Under the pieces are notes generated by a model, which was given only the letters and a program-made list of their open reading frames with translations, did no database searches and had not been told where the DNA came from. Below are positions 24,827-34,205 of a DNA stretch of 64,000 nucleotides, piece by piece. Positions within the stretch are counted from its first letter, which is position 1, and every line of letters starts with the position of its first letter. The stretch is from an uncultured beta proteobacterium. Lineage in GTDB: Bacteria; Pseudomonadota; Gammaproteobacteria; Burkholderiales; SHXO01. The position numbers and the translations under genes are program-made. Where the stretch lies: NCBI GenBank assembly GCA_963705615.1, contig CAVPKE010000014.1, positions 1,871-65,870 on the forward strand. Reading direction: 5' to 3'.

Positions 24827-26125
24827 TCAGGCGAACAGCAACAGCCCAATCGCAGTGCCGACCGCAGTGGACGCGAGACCCGGGAGGCAGCGACGGAGCA
24901 TGTCCATACCGCCGCTTGCCCCGATCAGCCCGAGCTTGAACCCGATGTTGGCCAGAAACGCCAGGCCGATGGAAGTGACGGCTTGCGGCGCGGCGAGGCT
25001 GCCGAGCCCGAACAACCGCAGTGCCGACAGCGTAATCGCATCCACGTCGGTGAGCCCCGAAACCAACGCTACGCCGTAAAGGCCTGCAGCGCCGGCCTTG
25101 TCGTGCAGCCAAGCGGCGACCAGAAGCACGATCCCGTATACCAGCGCGAACACGAGGGCTGTGCGTAACTCGGTCGGGTTGCTGATGGACGGCACAGGTG
25201 GCTCGTCCTGGCTCTGCAGCTTGCGCAACCGGTAAGCAACCGTCGCGGCGCCCGGCAGCAGCGCGCAGCCGAGCACGGGCAGCAGGCCAGGCAGCAGCGT
25301 GGGCGACACCACCGCAGTCAACACCGCCAGACGCCCCAGCACCACCAGATTGGCCAGCACGATGACGGCGGCAGACAGATCGCGCAACGGAGGTGCTGAG
25401 CGCCCGTGACGCGCATACACCAGAGTCGTGGCGGTGCTCGACACCAAGCCCCCGAACAGACCCAGCAGCGCTGCGCCATGCCGCCGACCGACGATGCGCA
25501 GCGCCACATAGCCGGCCAGGCTCACGCCGGATATCAGCACCACCATGAGCCAGATCTGGCGCGGGTTGAGGGCGGAGTAGGGCCCGAACGCGCGGTCCGG
25601 CAGGATCGGCAGGATGATGAAGGACACGACGGCGAACTGGAGGATGGACACCAGATCGCGCCGCTCCAGGTTTTGCGCCAAGCCCTTCAGCTCGGGCTTG
25701 AAGTAGAGCAGCACGGTAGCAGTGATGGCAAGCATCACGGCGAGGCGATCGAATCCGTAAGCCACCATCGTGCCGAGCGCGAAGCACAGTAAGAGAGCCG
25801 CAATAGTGGTGGTCCCCGGTTCTTCCTTCACCTCGCGCGGGTTGGCGAAGGCGGCGTCGAAGTAGGCAGCGATGATCATCATCCCCACCAGCAGTAACCC
25901 CGCGACGGTCAACCAGGGTGCGCCCTGCGTCTGGGACAGAACACCGCACACGGTGCCTAGCAGCGCGACCAGGGCGAAGGTGCGCAGGCCTGCCCGCGCT
26001 GTCGGGTTGCGCTCCCGTTCGAGGCCCATGAGCAGGCCGATACCCAGGCTGGTCAGAAAGTGGGGCAAACGGTCCAGGCCTTCCGCGGCCAGCCAGGAGA
26101 AATCAAACAGACTCGATGTTTCCAT
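24827..26125 (-). CDS. MgtC/SapB-family membrane protein with C-terminal DUF4010-like domain
   Basis: The 432-aa polytopic membrane ORF has the N-terminal LTSLGIGLLMGLERERNPTARAGLRTFALVALLG, typical of MgtC-family domains, followed by additional TM helices. Confidence 0.7.
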   Translation of the reverse strand: METSSLFDFSWLAAEGLDRLPHFLTSLGIGLLMGLERERNPTARAGLRTFALVALLGTVCGVLSQTQGAPWLTVAGLLLVGMMIIAAYFDAAFANPREVKEEPGTTTIAALLLCFALGTMVAYGFDRLAVMLAITATVLLYFKPELKGLAQNLERRDLVSILQFAVVSFIILPILPDRAFGPYSALNPRQIWLMVVLISGVSLAGYVALRIVGRRHGAALLGLFGGLVSSTATTLVYARHGRSAPPLRDLSAAVIVLANLVVLGRLAVLTAVVSPTLLPGLLPVLGCALLPGAATVAYRLRKLQSQDEPPVPSISNPTELRTALVFALVYGIVLLVAAWLHDKAGAAGLYGVALVSGLTDVDAITLSALRLFGLGSLAAPQAVTSIGLAFLANIGFKLGLIGASGGMDMLRRCLPGLASTAVGTAIGLLLFA

Positions 26126-27841
26126 TCAAGTGACCGCCAGGGACGCGGGTTCCCAGTGCTCCAGCACGAGCTGGAGAGCGCGCGCCCCGTCGTATTCGTT
26201 GACGTCGAGGCGGAACACGGCGCGGATCGAATCGGGCAGCGGGTCCGAGCTCCCGAACAGCACGCCGCTCACCGTACGCGCGCCGGGCTGCGTGCTCGTC
26301 AGCTCGAGCCTGAGATGGCGGCCGCCCACAACGCGTTGGCTGTCAACCTGGAAATCGCCTCGGAAGCGCGGCGGGGGAAAGCCCTGACCCCATACCGGCT
26401 CGCTCAGCTTTTCGGCCAGCGCCAGGCTCATCTCCGAGGGCGACAGCGGACCATCGGTCTCGATCTGCAGCTGTAGATCCGCGGGCGTGAGCAGCTCACG
26501 CAACGTGGTGTCGAAAGCGGTACCGAAGCGCGCGAAGTCCGGTGGCCGGATCGACAGCCCGGCCGCAGCCGCATGTCCACCGAAGCGCAACATGAGGCCG
26601 GGCTGGCGCTTGTCCACCAGATCCAGCGCATCGCGTAGATGCAGGCTCGGGATGGAACGCCCCGACCCGCGCAGCTCGCCGGGCTGACCCGGGGCAAAGG
26701 CGATCACCGGCCGATGAAAGCGGCCGCGGATGCGCGCGGCGAGGATACCGATTACGCCTTGATGCCAGCTCGGGTCGTAGAGGCAGAGCCCGAAGGCTTC
26801 GCCGGGCTCGATTGTCTCCAGGTGCGCCAGGGCCTCGTCGTGCATGTTCGCCTCGATGGTCCGGCGCTCGCGGTTGAGCGCGTCGAGCTGAGCTGCAAGC
26901 TCGCTGGCCCTGACGGCGTCGGCGGTGATGAGGCACTCGATCCCCAGAGACATGTCCTGGAGCCGGCCGGCGGCGTTGAGCCGGGGCCCCAGCACGAACC
27001 CGAGGTCGTAGACACCAGCGCGCGCAGGGTCGCGTCCGGCCACGCGCAGCAGCGCCTCGACGCCGGGCTGTGCGCGCCGAGCGCGGATGCGGGCCAGGCC
27101 CTGCGCCACCAGCCGCCGGTTGTTGTCGTCTAGGCGCACGACGTCGGCGACCGTGCCGAGCGCGACGAGATCGAGCAAACGTGCCAGGTTGGGCTCAGCG
27201 CGGGCGGCGAAAGCGCCGCGCGCGCGCAACTCAGCGCGCAACTGGAGCATGGCGTAGAACATCACGCCCACGCCTGCCAGGTGCTTGCTGGGAAACCCGC
27301 AGCCGGGTTGGTTCGGGTTGACGATGCAGGCGGCATCCGGCAGCTCAGCGCCTGGCAGGTGGTGATCGGTGATCAGCACCTCCATCCCGAGCTGCTTGGC
27401 TTGCTCGACGCCGTCTACCGAAGCGATCCCGTTGTCCACGGTGATCAGGATATCCGGCCGGCGTTGCGCCGCCAGGCGCACGATCTCGGGCGTCAGTCCG
27501 TACCCGAACTCGAAACGGTTGGGAACGATGTAGTCCGCCTGCGCGCCCATCTCGCGCAGCGCCAGCAGCCCGACGGCGCAGGCGGTGGCGCCGTCGGAGT
27601 CGTAGTCCGCGACGATGAGCAGGCGTTTTTGCGCGGCGATCGCATCGGCCAGGATTTGCCCCAGCCGCTGGAGATTGTGCATGCGATGCGGGGCGACCAG
27701 GTGGCTGAGCGCGCTGTCGAGTTGCTCCATTGCGGTGACGCCACGCGCGGCCAACACGCGCGAAAGCACGGGGTCGAGCCCCGCCCCCCTGAGTGCGTGG
27801 AAGGCTTCGAGCAGGAAAACGCGGTCGACGATCTCAGGCAT
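26126..27841 (-). CDS. recJ: single-stranded-DNA-specific exonuclease RecJ
   Basis: Start at the ATG giving MPEIVDRVFLL... DHH motifs are present (LLIVADYDSDGATA, ITVDNGI, VLITDHHLPG), as is DHHA1 (GGHAAAAGLSI). 571 aa. Confidence 0.92.
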   Translation of the reverse strand: MPEIVDRVFLLEAFHALRGAGLDPVLSRVLAARGVTAMEQLDSALSHLVAPHRMHNLQRLGQILADAIAAQKRLLIVADYDSDGATACAVGLLALREMGAQADYIVPNRFEFGYGLTPEIVRLAAQRRPDILITVDNGIASVDGVEQAKQLGMEVLITDHHLPGAELPDAACIVNPNQPGCGFPSKHLAGVGVMFYAMLQLRAELRARGAFAARAEPNLARLLDLVALGTVADVVRLDDNNRRLVAQGLARIRARRAQPGVEALLRVAGRDPARAGVYDLGFVLGPRLNAAGRLQDMSLGIECLITADAVRASELAAQLDALNRERRTIEANMHDEALAHLETIEPGEAFGLCLYDPSWHQGVIGILAARIRGRFHRPVIAFAPGQPGELRGSGRSIPSLHLRDALDLVDKRQPGLMLRFGGHAAAAGLSIRPPDFARFGTAFDTTLRELLTPADLQLQIETDGPLSPSEMSLALAEKLSEPVWGQGFPPPRFRGDFQVDSQRVVGGRHLRLELTSTQPGARTVSGVLFGSSDPLPDSIRAVFRLDVNEYDGARALQLVLEHWEPASLAVT

Positions 27842-27842
27842 G

Positions 27843-28841
27843 TCAATCAACGTGCGCGGGCACGCGGCGCCAGAACTTCCAAAGGTCGCCCGCGCCAAGC
27901 TCCCAGCGCAAAGTTCCGTCGACGCTCTCGACCAGTAGCGTGAGCGCCGAGAGCTGCCGTTGCCGCAAAGCTTGGAGAATAGGCGCGAACCATCTGCGCT
28001 CCAGGCTCTCCAGCGGGTTGCTTTGACCCACCGGGAGAGGATCGAGCACCAGCACATGCTCGCCCTCGCTGGCCTGCGCCAGCCACTGCGCAGCATGGTC
28101 CGGAAGCTCTGCCCAAGCCAGTCCAGACGCGCGCGCCAGGCCGCGCACCAGCGGATCGTCGCCCCAGACGCCAGCGAACCCGCTCGGCAAGGCAGATGGC
28201 AGCACGCCGCCGCCCCAGAACCACACGCTGTTCACTGTTGGCTGGTCGGCGGTTTCGCGCGCCTCGTTCACGGCATGCGAATGCAAGAGCATCTGAATCT
28301 CGTTGAACCAGCGGTGCCAGGTCAGCGCGCCGTCCCCGTGTGGCAGCAACGGGTCGATGCTGCGACCGGCCACCGAGCGCAGGGGCGCGGTCGCGATCGC
28401 AGGCGTCCGCTCAAAGGCGGCGTACCAGCGGCTGGGGTGGGGTGCGAAGAAGTGCACGCGCTCGGACTCGAAGTGGGAGTTGAGCGCGTCGATCAGCGCG
28501 CGGGCCGACTCGGGCTCGAGCGTAAAGTGGCCCGCGTCGACCAGGACCAGCGCGTCGCGCTCTGCGCGCAAGTGTACGGGATCGGCACGCAGCCAATAGC
28601 GCGTGTCGGGGTTGCCACCCTCGCCCAGCCAGCTCAAGGGTGCCACGGGCCAGTCGCGTTGCCGCTGCACGCCAAACGACTCCAGCAGCACCGCCTCCAG
28701 GTCCTTGTGTGCGAGACTCGCCGCACGTGCGCGCGACAGGATACGCGCCAACCCGGGCAAGGCAGCGAGCGACCCACGCTCGTTCGCTGCGACGGGCAGA
28801 GGCGAGGGCAGGAACAACCGGAGCGATCGCATGGCAGGCAC
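27843..28841 (-). CDS. conserved hypothetical protein, recJ-adjacent (possibly the COG4255 / RpfE-type family)
   Basis: The 332-aa ORF has genome-typical codon bias and abuts the recJ start. The family assignment rests only on remembered recJ-adjacent synteny, not on a motif I can verify here. Confidence 0.6.
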   Translation of the reverse strand: MPAMRSLRLFLPSPLPVAANERGSLAALPGLARILSRARAASLAHKDLEAVLLESFGVQRQRDWPVAPLSWLGEGGNPDTRYWLRADPVHLRAERDALVLVDAGHFTLEPESARALIDALNSHFESERVHFFAPHPSRWYAAFERTPAIATAPLRSVAGRSIDPLLPHGDGALTWHRWFNEIQMLLHSHAVNEARETADQPTVNSVWFWGGGVLPSALPSGFAGVWGDDPLVRGLARASGLAWAELPDHAAQWLAQASEGEHVLVLDPLPVGQSNPLESLERRWFAPILQALRQRQLSALTLLVESVDGTLRWELGAGDLWKFWRRVPAHVD

Positions 28842-28959
28842 TTAAAGTCTAGCACGGACGTCCCGCGGCCCCACCCGAACATTCGCGGGCGCGCGCCGAC
28901 TGTGGCACACTTGCGCCGCCTCGCGCACCTCTGAACTCAACGGACTCCTCGTTCACCTC

Positions 28960-30204
28960 GTGCAGCCCTACGAGCTTTTGGTCGGCTTGCGCTACACGCG
29001 CGCCAAGCGCCGCAACCATTTCATCTCCTTCATTTCGATGGCGTCCATGCTGGGCATCGCCATCGGCGTGATGGCTCTGATCGTGGTGCTGTCGGTCATG
29101 AATGGCTTCCAGAAGGAACTGCGCGCGCGCATCCTGGGCGTGGCGTCACACGTGCAGATCAGCGGCTTCGATGGGCGGCTCGCGAACTGGCGGGAAGTCG
29201 CGCGCGAGGCGAGTACCAATCCCGACGTACTCGCGGCGGCGCCTTACATCTCGGCCCAGGGACTGCTCGCCAACCAGCAGAACGTGCAGGGGGCGCTGGT
29301 GCGCGGCATAGTGCCGCAGCTCGAAGACCAAGTAGCCGACATCGGGAGCCATATGAGACGCGGCAGCCTGGCCGATCTCAAGCCCGGCCAGTTCGGGATG
29401 GTGCTCGGTGCTGAGCTGGCGCACGCGGTCGGCGCCCACGTCGGCGAGAAGGTGGTGCTGATCGCGCCCCAGGGGCAAGTGACGCCCGCGGGGATACTGC
29501 CGCGCATCAAGCAGTTTACCGTGGTCGGAGTGTTCGAAGTGGGGATGTACGAGTACGACGCGGGGCTGGCTCTAATCCATCTGGAAGATGCCCAGAAACT
29601 GTACCGTCTGGGCGACGAGGTGTCCGGCGTGCGCCTGAAGCTCAAGGACCTGTTCCGGGCTCCCGAGGTGGCGCGCGATCTGACCCGCACGCTTCTCGGC
29701 GATCTCTACATCACCGACTGGACGCGCAGCCACGCCAACTTCTTCCGCGCCGTGCAGATCGAGAAGAACGTCATGTTCATCATCCTCACCTTGATCGTGG
29801 CGGTGGCGGCGTTCAACCTGGTGTCCACCCTGGTGATGGCGGTGACCGATAAGCAGCCCGACATCGCGATCCTGCGCACGCTGGGGGCCACGCCCATCTC
29901 GATCATGAAAATCTTCGTCGTGCAGGGCTCGCTCATCGGTGTCATCGGGACCGTCATCGGGGTCGTCGGTGGAATCCTAATCGCCCTCAACGTGGATGTA
30001 GTGGTGCCCGCGATCGAGCGGTTGTTCCGGGTTCAGTTTCTGGCCAAGGACGTGTACTACATCAGTGAGCTGCCCTCAGACCTTCAATTGCGTGACGTCG
30101 TGACCGTGGGAGTGATGTCGCTGCTGCTCAGCCTGTTGGCCACGCTTTACCCGAGCTGGCGTGCTTCGCGTGTCAACCCGGCGGAGGCGCTGCGCTATGA
30201 GTGA
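28960..30204 (+). CDS. lipoprotein-releasing ABC transporter permease (LolC/LolE family)
   Basis: The 414-aa ORF starts [47 protein letters not shown]. It has a periplasmic MacB-like domain and a C-terminal FtsX domain ending [18 protein letters not shown]. Confidence 0.9.
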   Translation: MQPYELLVGLRYTRAKRRNHFISFISMASMLGIAIGVMALIVVLSVMNGFQKELRARILGVASHVQISGFDGRLANWREVAREASTNPDVLAAAPYISAQGLLANQQNVQGALVRGIVPQLEDQVADIGSHMRRGSLADLKPGQFGMVLGAELAHAVGAHVGEKVVLIAPQGQVTPAGILPRIKQFTVVGVFEVGMYEYDAGLALIHLEDAQKLYRLGDEVSGVRLKLKDLFRAPEVARDLTRTLLGDLYITDWTRSHANFFRAVQIEKNVMFIILTLIVAVAAFNLVSTLVMAVTDKQPDIAILRTLGATPISIMKIFVVQGSLIGVIGTVIGVVGGILIALNVDVVVPAIERLFRVQFLAKDVYYISELPSDLQLRDVVTVGVMSLLLSLLATLYPSWRASRVNPAEALRYE

Positions 30205-30904
30205 ACCGGTGATCCGTGCACGCGGGGTGCGCAAGGTCTTCCGCGAAGGGCCACAGGAAGTGCCGGTGCTGCTGGGTGTCGACCTCGACGTGGAGCAGGG
30301 GGAGAGCGTGGCGATCGTGGGCGCCTCGGGCTCCGGCAAGAGCACGCTGCTGCACCTACTGGGCGGGCTCGATGCCCCCACCGTAGGTGAGGTCCTGATC
30401 CAGGGTAAGGATATCGCTTCAGTGAACGAGGCGGAAAAGGGCCGGATCCGCAACCAGGCGCTGGGATTCGTGTACCAGTTCCATCACCTGCTCCCGGAAT
30501 TCACCGCGCAGGAGAACGTGGCGATGCCGCTGTTGATCAGACGTCTGTCCGAGGCCGAGGCGGGAAGCGAAGCCGCCGCGATGCTCGGGCAGGTGGGCCT
30601 GTCGCACCGGCTGACCCACACGCCGGGTGAGCTGTCAGGTGGCGAGCGTCAGCGCGCGGCGTTGGCGCGGGGTCTGGTCACGCGGCCAGCCTGTCTGCTG
30701 GCTGACGAGCCCACCGGCAACCTCGATCGTCACACCGCTGAGGGCGTTCTGGAGCTCATGCTCCAACTCAATCGCAACCTCGGTACCAGTCTGGTCATCG
30801 TGACGCACGATCAGAGCGTGGCGGCGAAGATGGACCGGGTGCTGAGACTGGACGACGGCGTGCTTCACCCGGAGCGTGATTCGCAGACCGCTCTGGCGCT
30901 TTGA
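30197..30904 (+). CDS. lolD: lipoprotein-releasing ABC transporter ATP-binding protein LolD
   Basis: The ATG overlaps the end of the permease gene. Walker A is [11 protein letters not shown], the signature is LSGGERQR and Walker B is [11 protein letters not shown]. Confidence 0.92.
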   Translation: MSEPVIRARGVRKVFREGPQEVPVLLGVDLDVEQGESVAIVGASGSGKSTLLHLLGGLDAPTVGEVLIQGKDIASVNEAEKGRIRNQALGFVYQFHHLLPEFTAQENVAMPLLIRRLSEAEAGSEAAAMLGQVGLSHRLTHTPGELSGGERQRAALARGLVTRPACLLADEPTGNLDRHTAEGVLELMLQLNRNLGTSLVIVTHDQSVAAKMDRVLRLDDGVLHPERDSQTALAL

Positions 30905-30930
30905 ACGACGCACGAATCAGGAGTCACCAG

Positions 30931-31590
30931 TCACGCATCGAGGCTTCGCCACAGATACCACGTGGCGACCGTTCGCCACGGCGCCCAGGGCTCGGCGAGC
31001 CGGCGGAGCTTCTTTTCGGTGAGGGGCCGGCCGCGGTTGTAGTGGACACTGATCGCTTTCTGCAGCCCTAGGTCACCTGCGGGCAGCACGTCTGGGCGCT
31101 GCAGATGGAAGATCAGGAACATCTCGGCGGTCCAGCGCCCAATCCCCTTCACCCGCGTCAGATCCTCGATGACGGACTCGTCGTCCATGCGCCGCCAGCG
31201 CGCGGGATCGAGCGACCCCGTAGCGAAATGGCTCGCCAAGTCTTGCACGTAACGCGCTTTCTGCCTCGACAAGCCGGCGCCACGCAGGGTCACGTGATCG
31301 GCGGCAGCCAAGCTGTCGGGCGCGAAGCTCGGGACGCAGCCGATCAGTCGCGTCCAGACGCTGTGCGCAGCTTGGGTCGAGATCTGCTGTCCGACGATGG
31401 CGCGCGCCAGCGCGCTAAAGGCATCGCTGCGCCGTCGCCAGCGTGCTTCTGGCGCCTGCTCGATGAGAAGCCCGAGGGTGGCGTCCCGGTCCGCCAATTC
31501 GACGACTGCCTGGCCCCAGTAGCGCGGCGTAGTCACTTGTGCGACGCTTGGCCTATGGGGTCGCGGCGCGCACGTTGGCGCTGGCGCCAT
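30931..31590 (-). CDS. DNA-3-methyladenine glycosylase II-like HhH-GPD base-excision enzyme
   Basis: Motifs include ALARAIVGQQISTQAAHSVWTRL..., GLSRQKARYVQDLA..., LTRVKGIGRWTAEMFLIF (helix-hairpin-helix) and ...PAGDLGL. The start is uncertain: ATG 31590, or GTG 31536 which overlaps the stop of the upstream small ORF (GTGA). Confidence 0.8.
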   Translation of the reverse strand: MAPAPTCAPRPHRPSVAQVTTPRYWGQAVVELADRDATLGLLIEQAPEARWRRRSDAFSALARAIVGQQISTQAAHSVWTRLIGCVPSFAPDSLAAADHVTLRGAGLSRQKARYVQDLASHFATGSLDPARWRRMDDESVIEDLTRVKGIGRWTAEMFLIFHLQRPDVLPAGDLGLQKAISVHYNRGRPLTEKKLRRLAEPWAPWRTVATWYLWRSLDA

Positions 31591-31739
31591 ACCGTAACGG
31601 TGTACAAGCGCCAGGCACCGCGCACGGCGAAGTAGCTCCCTGCCGACAACGCAGCGCCAAGCGTACAGAGCCCGATGCTGCGGTTGCCCCGGACAGACTC
31701 ATGACTAGGCAGAAATTTCCTGAAGTACTTTTTCGGCAT
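31533..31739 (-). CDS. small (68 aa) ORF with a DUF2062-like N-terminal motif and one hydrophobic segment
   Basis: MPKKYFRKFLPSHESVRGNR... matches the characteristic N-terminus of DUF2062 proteins that often lie divergent from comEC. The ORF is far shorter than that family, and its TGA overlaps a GTG of the glycosylase gene. Confidence 0.35.
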   Translation of the reverse strand: MPKKYFRKFLPSHESVRGNRSIGLCTLGAALSAGSYFAVRGAWRLYTVTVWRQRQRARRDPIGQASHK

Positions 31740-31795
31740 TGTGCGCAGGCCTTGTCCGTGTGTCTGGATTCTAACCGGGTTCTCCAGCCGCGCGG

Positions 31796-34174
31796 GTGGC
31801 TGAGTCCGCCCCTGGCCGGATGCTACTGAACGTCGCCTTGTTCGTGCTGGGTTCCGCCTGGCTGCAGCAGCAGCCTGAGCTGCCCGGCGTCCTGTGGGTC
31901 TACGCGTTCGTGGCCGCGTCGCTTGCGTGGTGCCTGGTGCCGGCTGCGAACAGTCCGCGCCAGCGGTTTCTGCGACGGTCCGGGGTCGCGCTGCTGTGGT
32001 TCGCCGGGGGCTTTCTATGGGCTGCACTGGTGGCCCACGTGAAACTCGCCGATCACCTGTCGCCGGAGTGGGAGGGGAGAGACGTCAGCGTGCGCGGCGT
32101 GATCGCTGGCCTGCCGGAGCTGACTGACCGCGGCGCGCGCTTCGAGTTTGACGTGGAGCAGGTCAGTACACCGCTGGCACGCGTGCCGCGGCACATAACG
32201 CTCCTCTGGTACACCGAAGGAAACGGCGCTGGAGCGGCCCCGCCTGCAGCTCTCAATGCTGGCGAGCGGTGGGAGCTCAGGGTGCGGCTCCGGCGCCCTC
32301 ACGGACTGGCCAATCCCAACGGCTTCGATTTCGAGGCGTGGCTGCTTGAGCGCGGCATCCGCGCCACCGGCTATGTGCGTCCCGAACCGTCCAACCGGCT
32401 GATGCAGTCGATGGTCTGGCGCCCGTCGTACATCGTCGAGCGTGCGCGCGAGTGGGTGCGCAACCGCATCGTTTCCGCGCTGCCCGCCCACTCGAGCACA
32501 GGCGTGCTGGTAGCGCTGGCGATTGGCGACCAGCAGGCCATCTCGCGCACTGAGTGGACGGTGTTCACCCGAACCGGCGTCAATCACCTGATGAGCATTT
32601 CGGGCCTGCACATCACCATGGTGTCCGGGCTGGCGTTCGCGGTCGTACTGTGGGCGTGGCGTCGCTCTCCAGGATTGGTCGCGCGCCTGCCTGCCGTCAA
32701 GGCGGCGGCAGTTGCCGGTCTGTTGGTGGCCTGCGGTTACGCACTGCTGGCAGGCTTTGCAGTTCCGGCACAGAGGACTGTGTACATGTTGGCGGCGGTC
32801 GCAGTGAGCCTGCTCCTCGGACTGGCAGCCGAGCCGCTGGCCGTACTGGCCCTCGCGCTGCTCGTCGCAGTGGTGGCCGACCCCATGTGTGTCCTGGCTC
32901 CGGGTTTCTGGCTGTCCTTCGGTGCGGTGGCGCTGATCATGTACGTAACGCTGGGACGCATCGGACAGCCCGCCTGGTTCGTCAACTGGGCGCGGGTGCA
33001 ATGGGCCGTGACCATCGGCCTCACGCCCATTCTCCTCGCCATGTTCCAGCAGGTCTCGGTGGTCTCGCCGTTGGCCAATGCAGTGGCGATTCCTGTTGTA
33101 AGCCTGGGCGTGGTCCCGTTGACGCTGATCGGCGTGCTGCTGCCGGTGGACTGGTTGCTCAAGCTTGCCGCGTGGCTGATGTCGTTTTGTAGCGCGTTGT
33201 TGCAATGGATGAGCGCGCTGCCCGCGGCTGTGTGGCAGCAGCATGCGCCACCCTGGTGGGCGGTGCCGCTGGCGTTGCTCGGCGTGGCGTGGGTTCTCGC
33301 GCCTCGCGGCTTCCCCGGACGCTGGCTCGGGATGGCTGCGTTTGCGCCGCTGGTCGCGATCAGGGCGTCGGCCCCGGGACCCGGCGAGCTCTGGGTTGAC
33401 GTGCTCGACGTCGGACAGGGCCTCAGCGCGGTGGTGCGCACGCATCGTCACACGCTGCTCTACGACGCCGGCCCCGCGTTCTCGAGCGACACCGACGCCG
33501 GCAACCGAGTCGTTGTCCCATTTCTACGCGCGCAGGGCATCGGGCAACTCGACGGGTTCGTAGTCACCCACGACGACAGCGACCACTTCGGCGGCGCGGC
33601 TTCTGTCTTGGAGGCGGTGCCGGTAGGCTGGGTGGCAACATCTCTGCCTCCCGATGCGCCACCGGTGGCGCTCGCGCTCCGGCGGCTGCGCTGCTTCTCG
33701 GGTCAGACCTGGGAGTGGGACGGAGTGCGGTTCACGATTCTTCACCCTGGTTGGGCGAGCTATAATTCACCGGCGCTGAAGGACAACGCGCGCAGCTGCG
33801 TCCTGAAGGTCGAGTCGGCATTCGGAAGCGCGCTTCTGCCGGCCGACATCGAGCAGGGGTCGGAGGCGGAGTTGCTGCAAATGCACCGTGAGGCGTTGCG
33901 CGCCGACGTGCTTGTTGCCCCCCACCACGGAAGTGGAACTTCGTCCAGCATTGCCTTCCTCGCACAAGTTGCTCCGGATCTGGTAGTGATCCCCGTGGGT
34001 TACCGGAATCGTTTCGGTCACCCGAAGCCGGAGGTCGTGGCGCGCTACGAAGCGCTGGGCAGCCGCGTGTTGCGCAGCGACCACGACGGGGCCGTGATGC
34101 TGAGATTCAGTGCCGGCGGGCTCTCGGCAGAGGGCTACCGCGCGCAGTATCGGCGCTACTGGCAGAGCCGCTGA
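31796..34174 (+). CDS. comEC: DNA internalization-related competence protein ComEC/Rec2
   Basis: The ORF is up to 792 aa. It has a polytopic competence domain (FTRTGVNHLMSISGLHITMV) and a C-terminal metallo-beta-lactamase domain (VLDVGQGLSAVV...VVTHDDSDHFGG...APHHGS). An alternative ATG start is at 31820. Confidence 0.9.
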   Translation: MAESAPGRMLLNVALFVLGSAWLQQQPELPGVLWVYAFVAASLAWCLVPAANSPRQRFLRRSGVALLWFAGGFLWAALVAHVKLADHLSPEWEGRDVSVRGVIAGLPELTDRGARFEFDVEQVSTPLARVPRHITLLWYTEGNGAGAAPPAALNAGERWELRVRLRRPHGLANPNGFDFEAWLLERGIRATGYVRPEPSNRLMQSMVWRPSYIVERAREWVRNRIVSALPAHSSTGVLVALAIGDQQAISRTEWTVFTRTGVNHLMSISGLHITMVSGLAFAVVLWAWRRSPGLVARLPAVKAAAVAGLLVACGYALLAGFAVPAQRTVYMLAAVAVSLLLGLAAEPLAVLALALLVAVVADPMCVLAPGFWLSFGAVALIMYVTLGRIGQPAWFVNWARVQWAVTIGLTPILLAMFQQVSVVSPLANAVAIPVVSLGVVPLTLIGVLLPVDWLLKLAAWLMSFCSALLQWMSALPAAVWQQHAPPWWAVPLALLGVAWVLAPRGFPGRWLGMAAFAPLVAIRASAPGPGELWVDVLDVGQGLSAVVRTHRHTLLYDAGPAFSSDTDAGNRVVVPFLRAQGIGQLDGFVVTHDDSDHFGGAASVLEAVPVGWVATSLPPDAPPVALALRRLRCFSGQTWEWDGVRFTILHPGWASYNSPALKDNARSCVLKVESAFGSALLPADIEQGSEAELLQMHREALRADVLVAPHHGSGTSSSIAFLAQVAPDLVVIPVGYRNRFGHPKPEVVARYEALGSRVLRSDHDGAVMLRFSAGGLSAEGYRAQYRRYWQSR

Positions 34175-34205
34175 CCGCGCGGCGCAGGAAAGAATCAGAG
34201 TTGAT

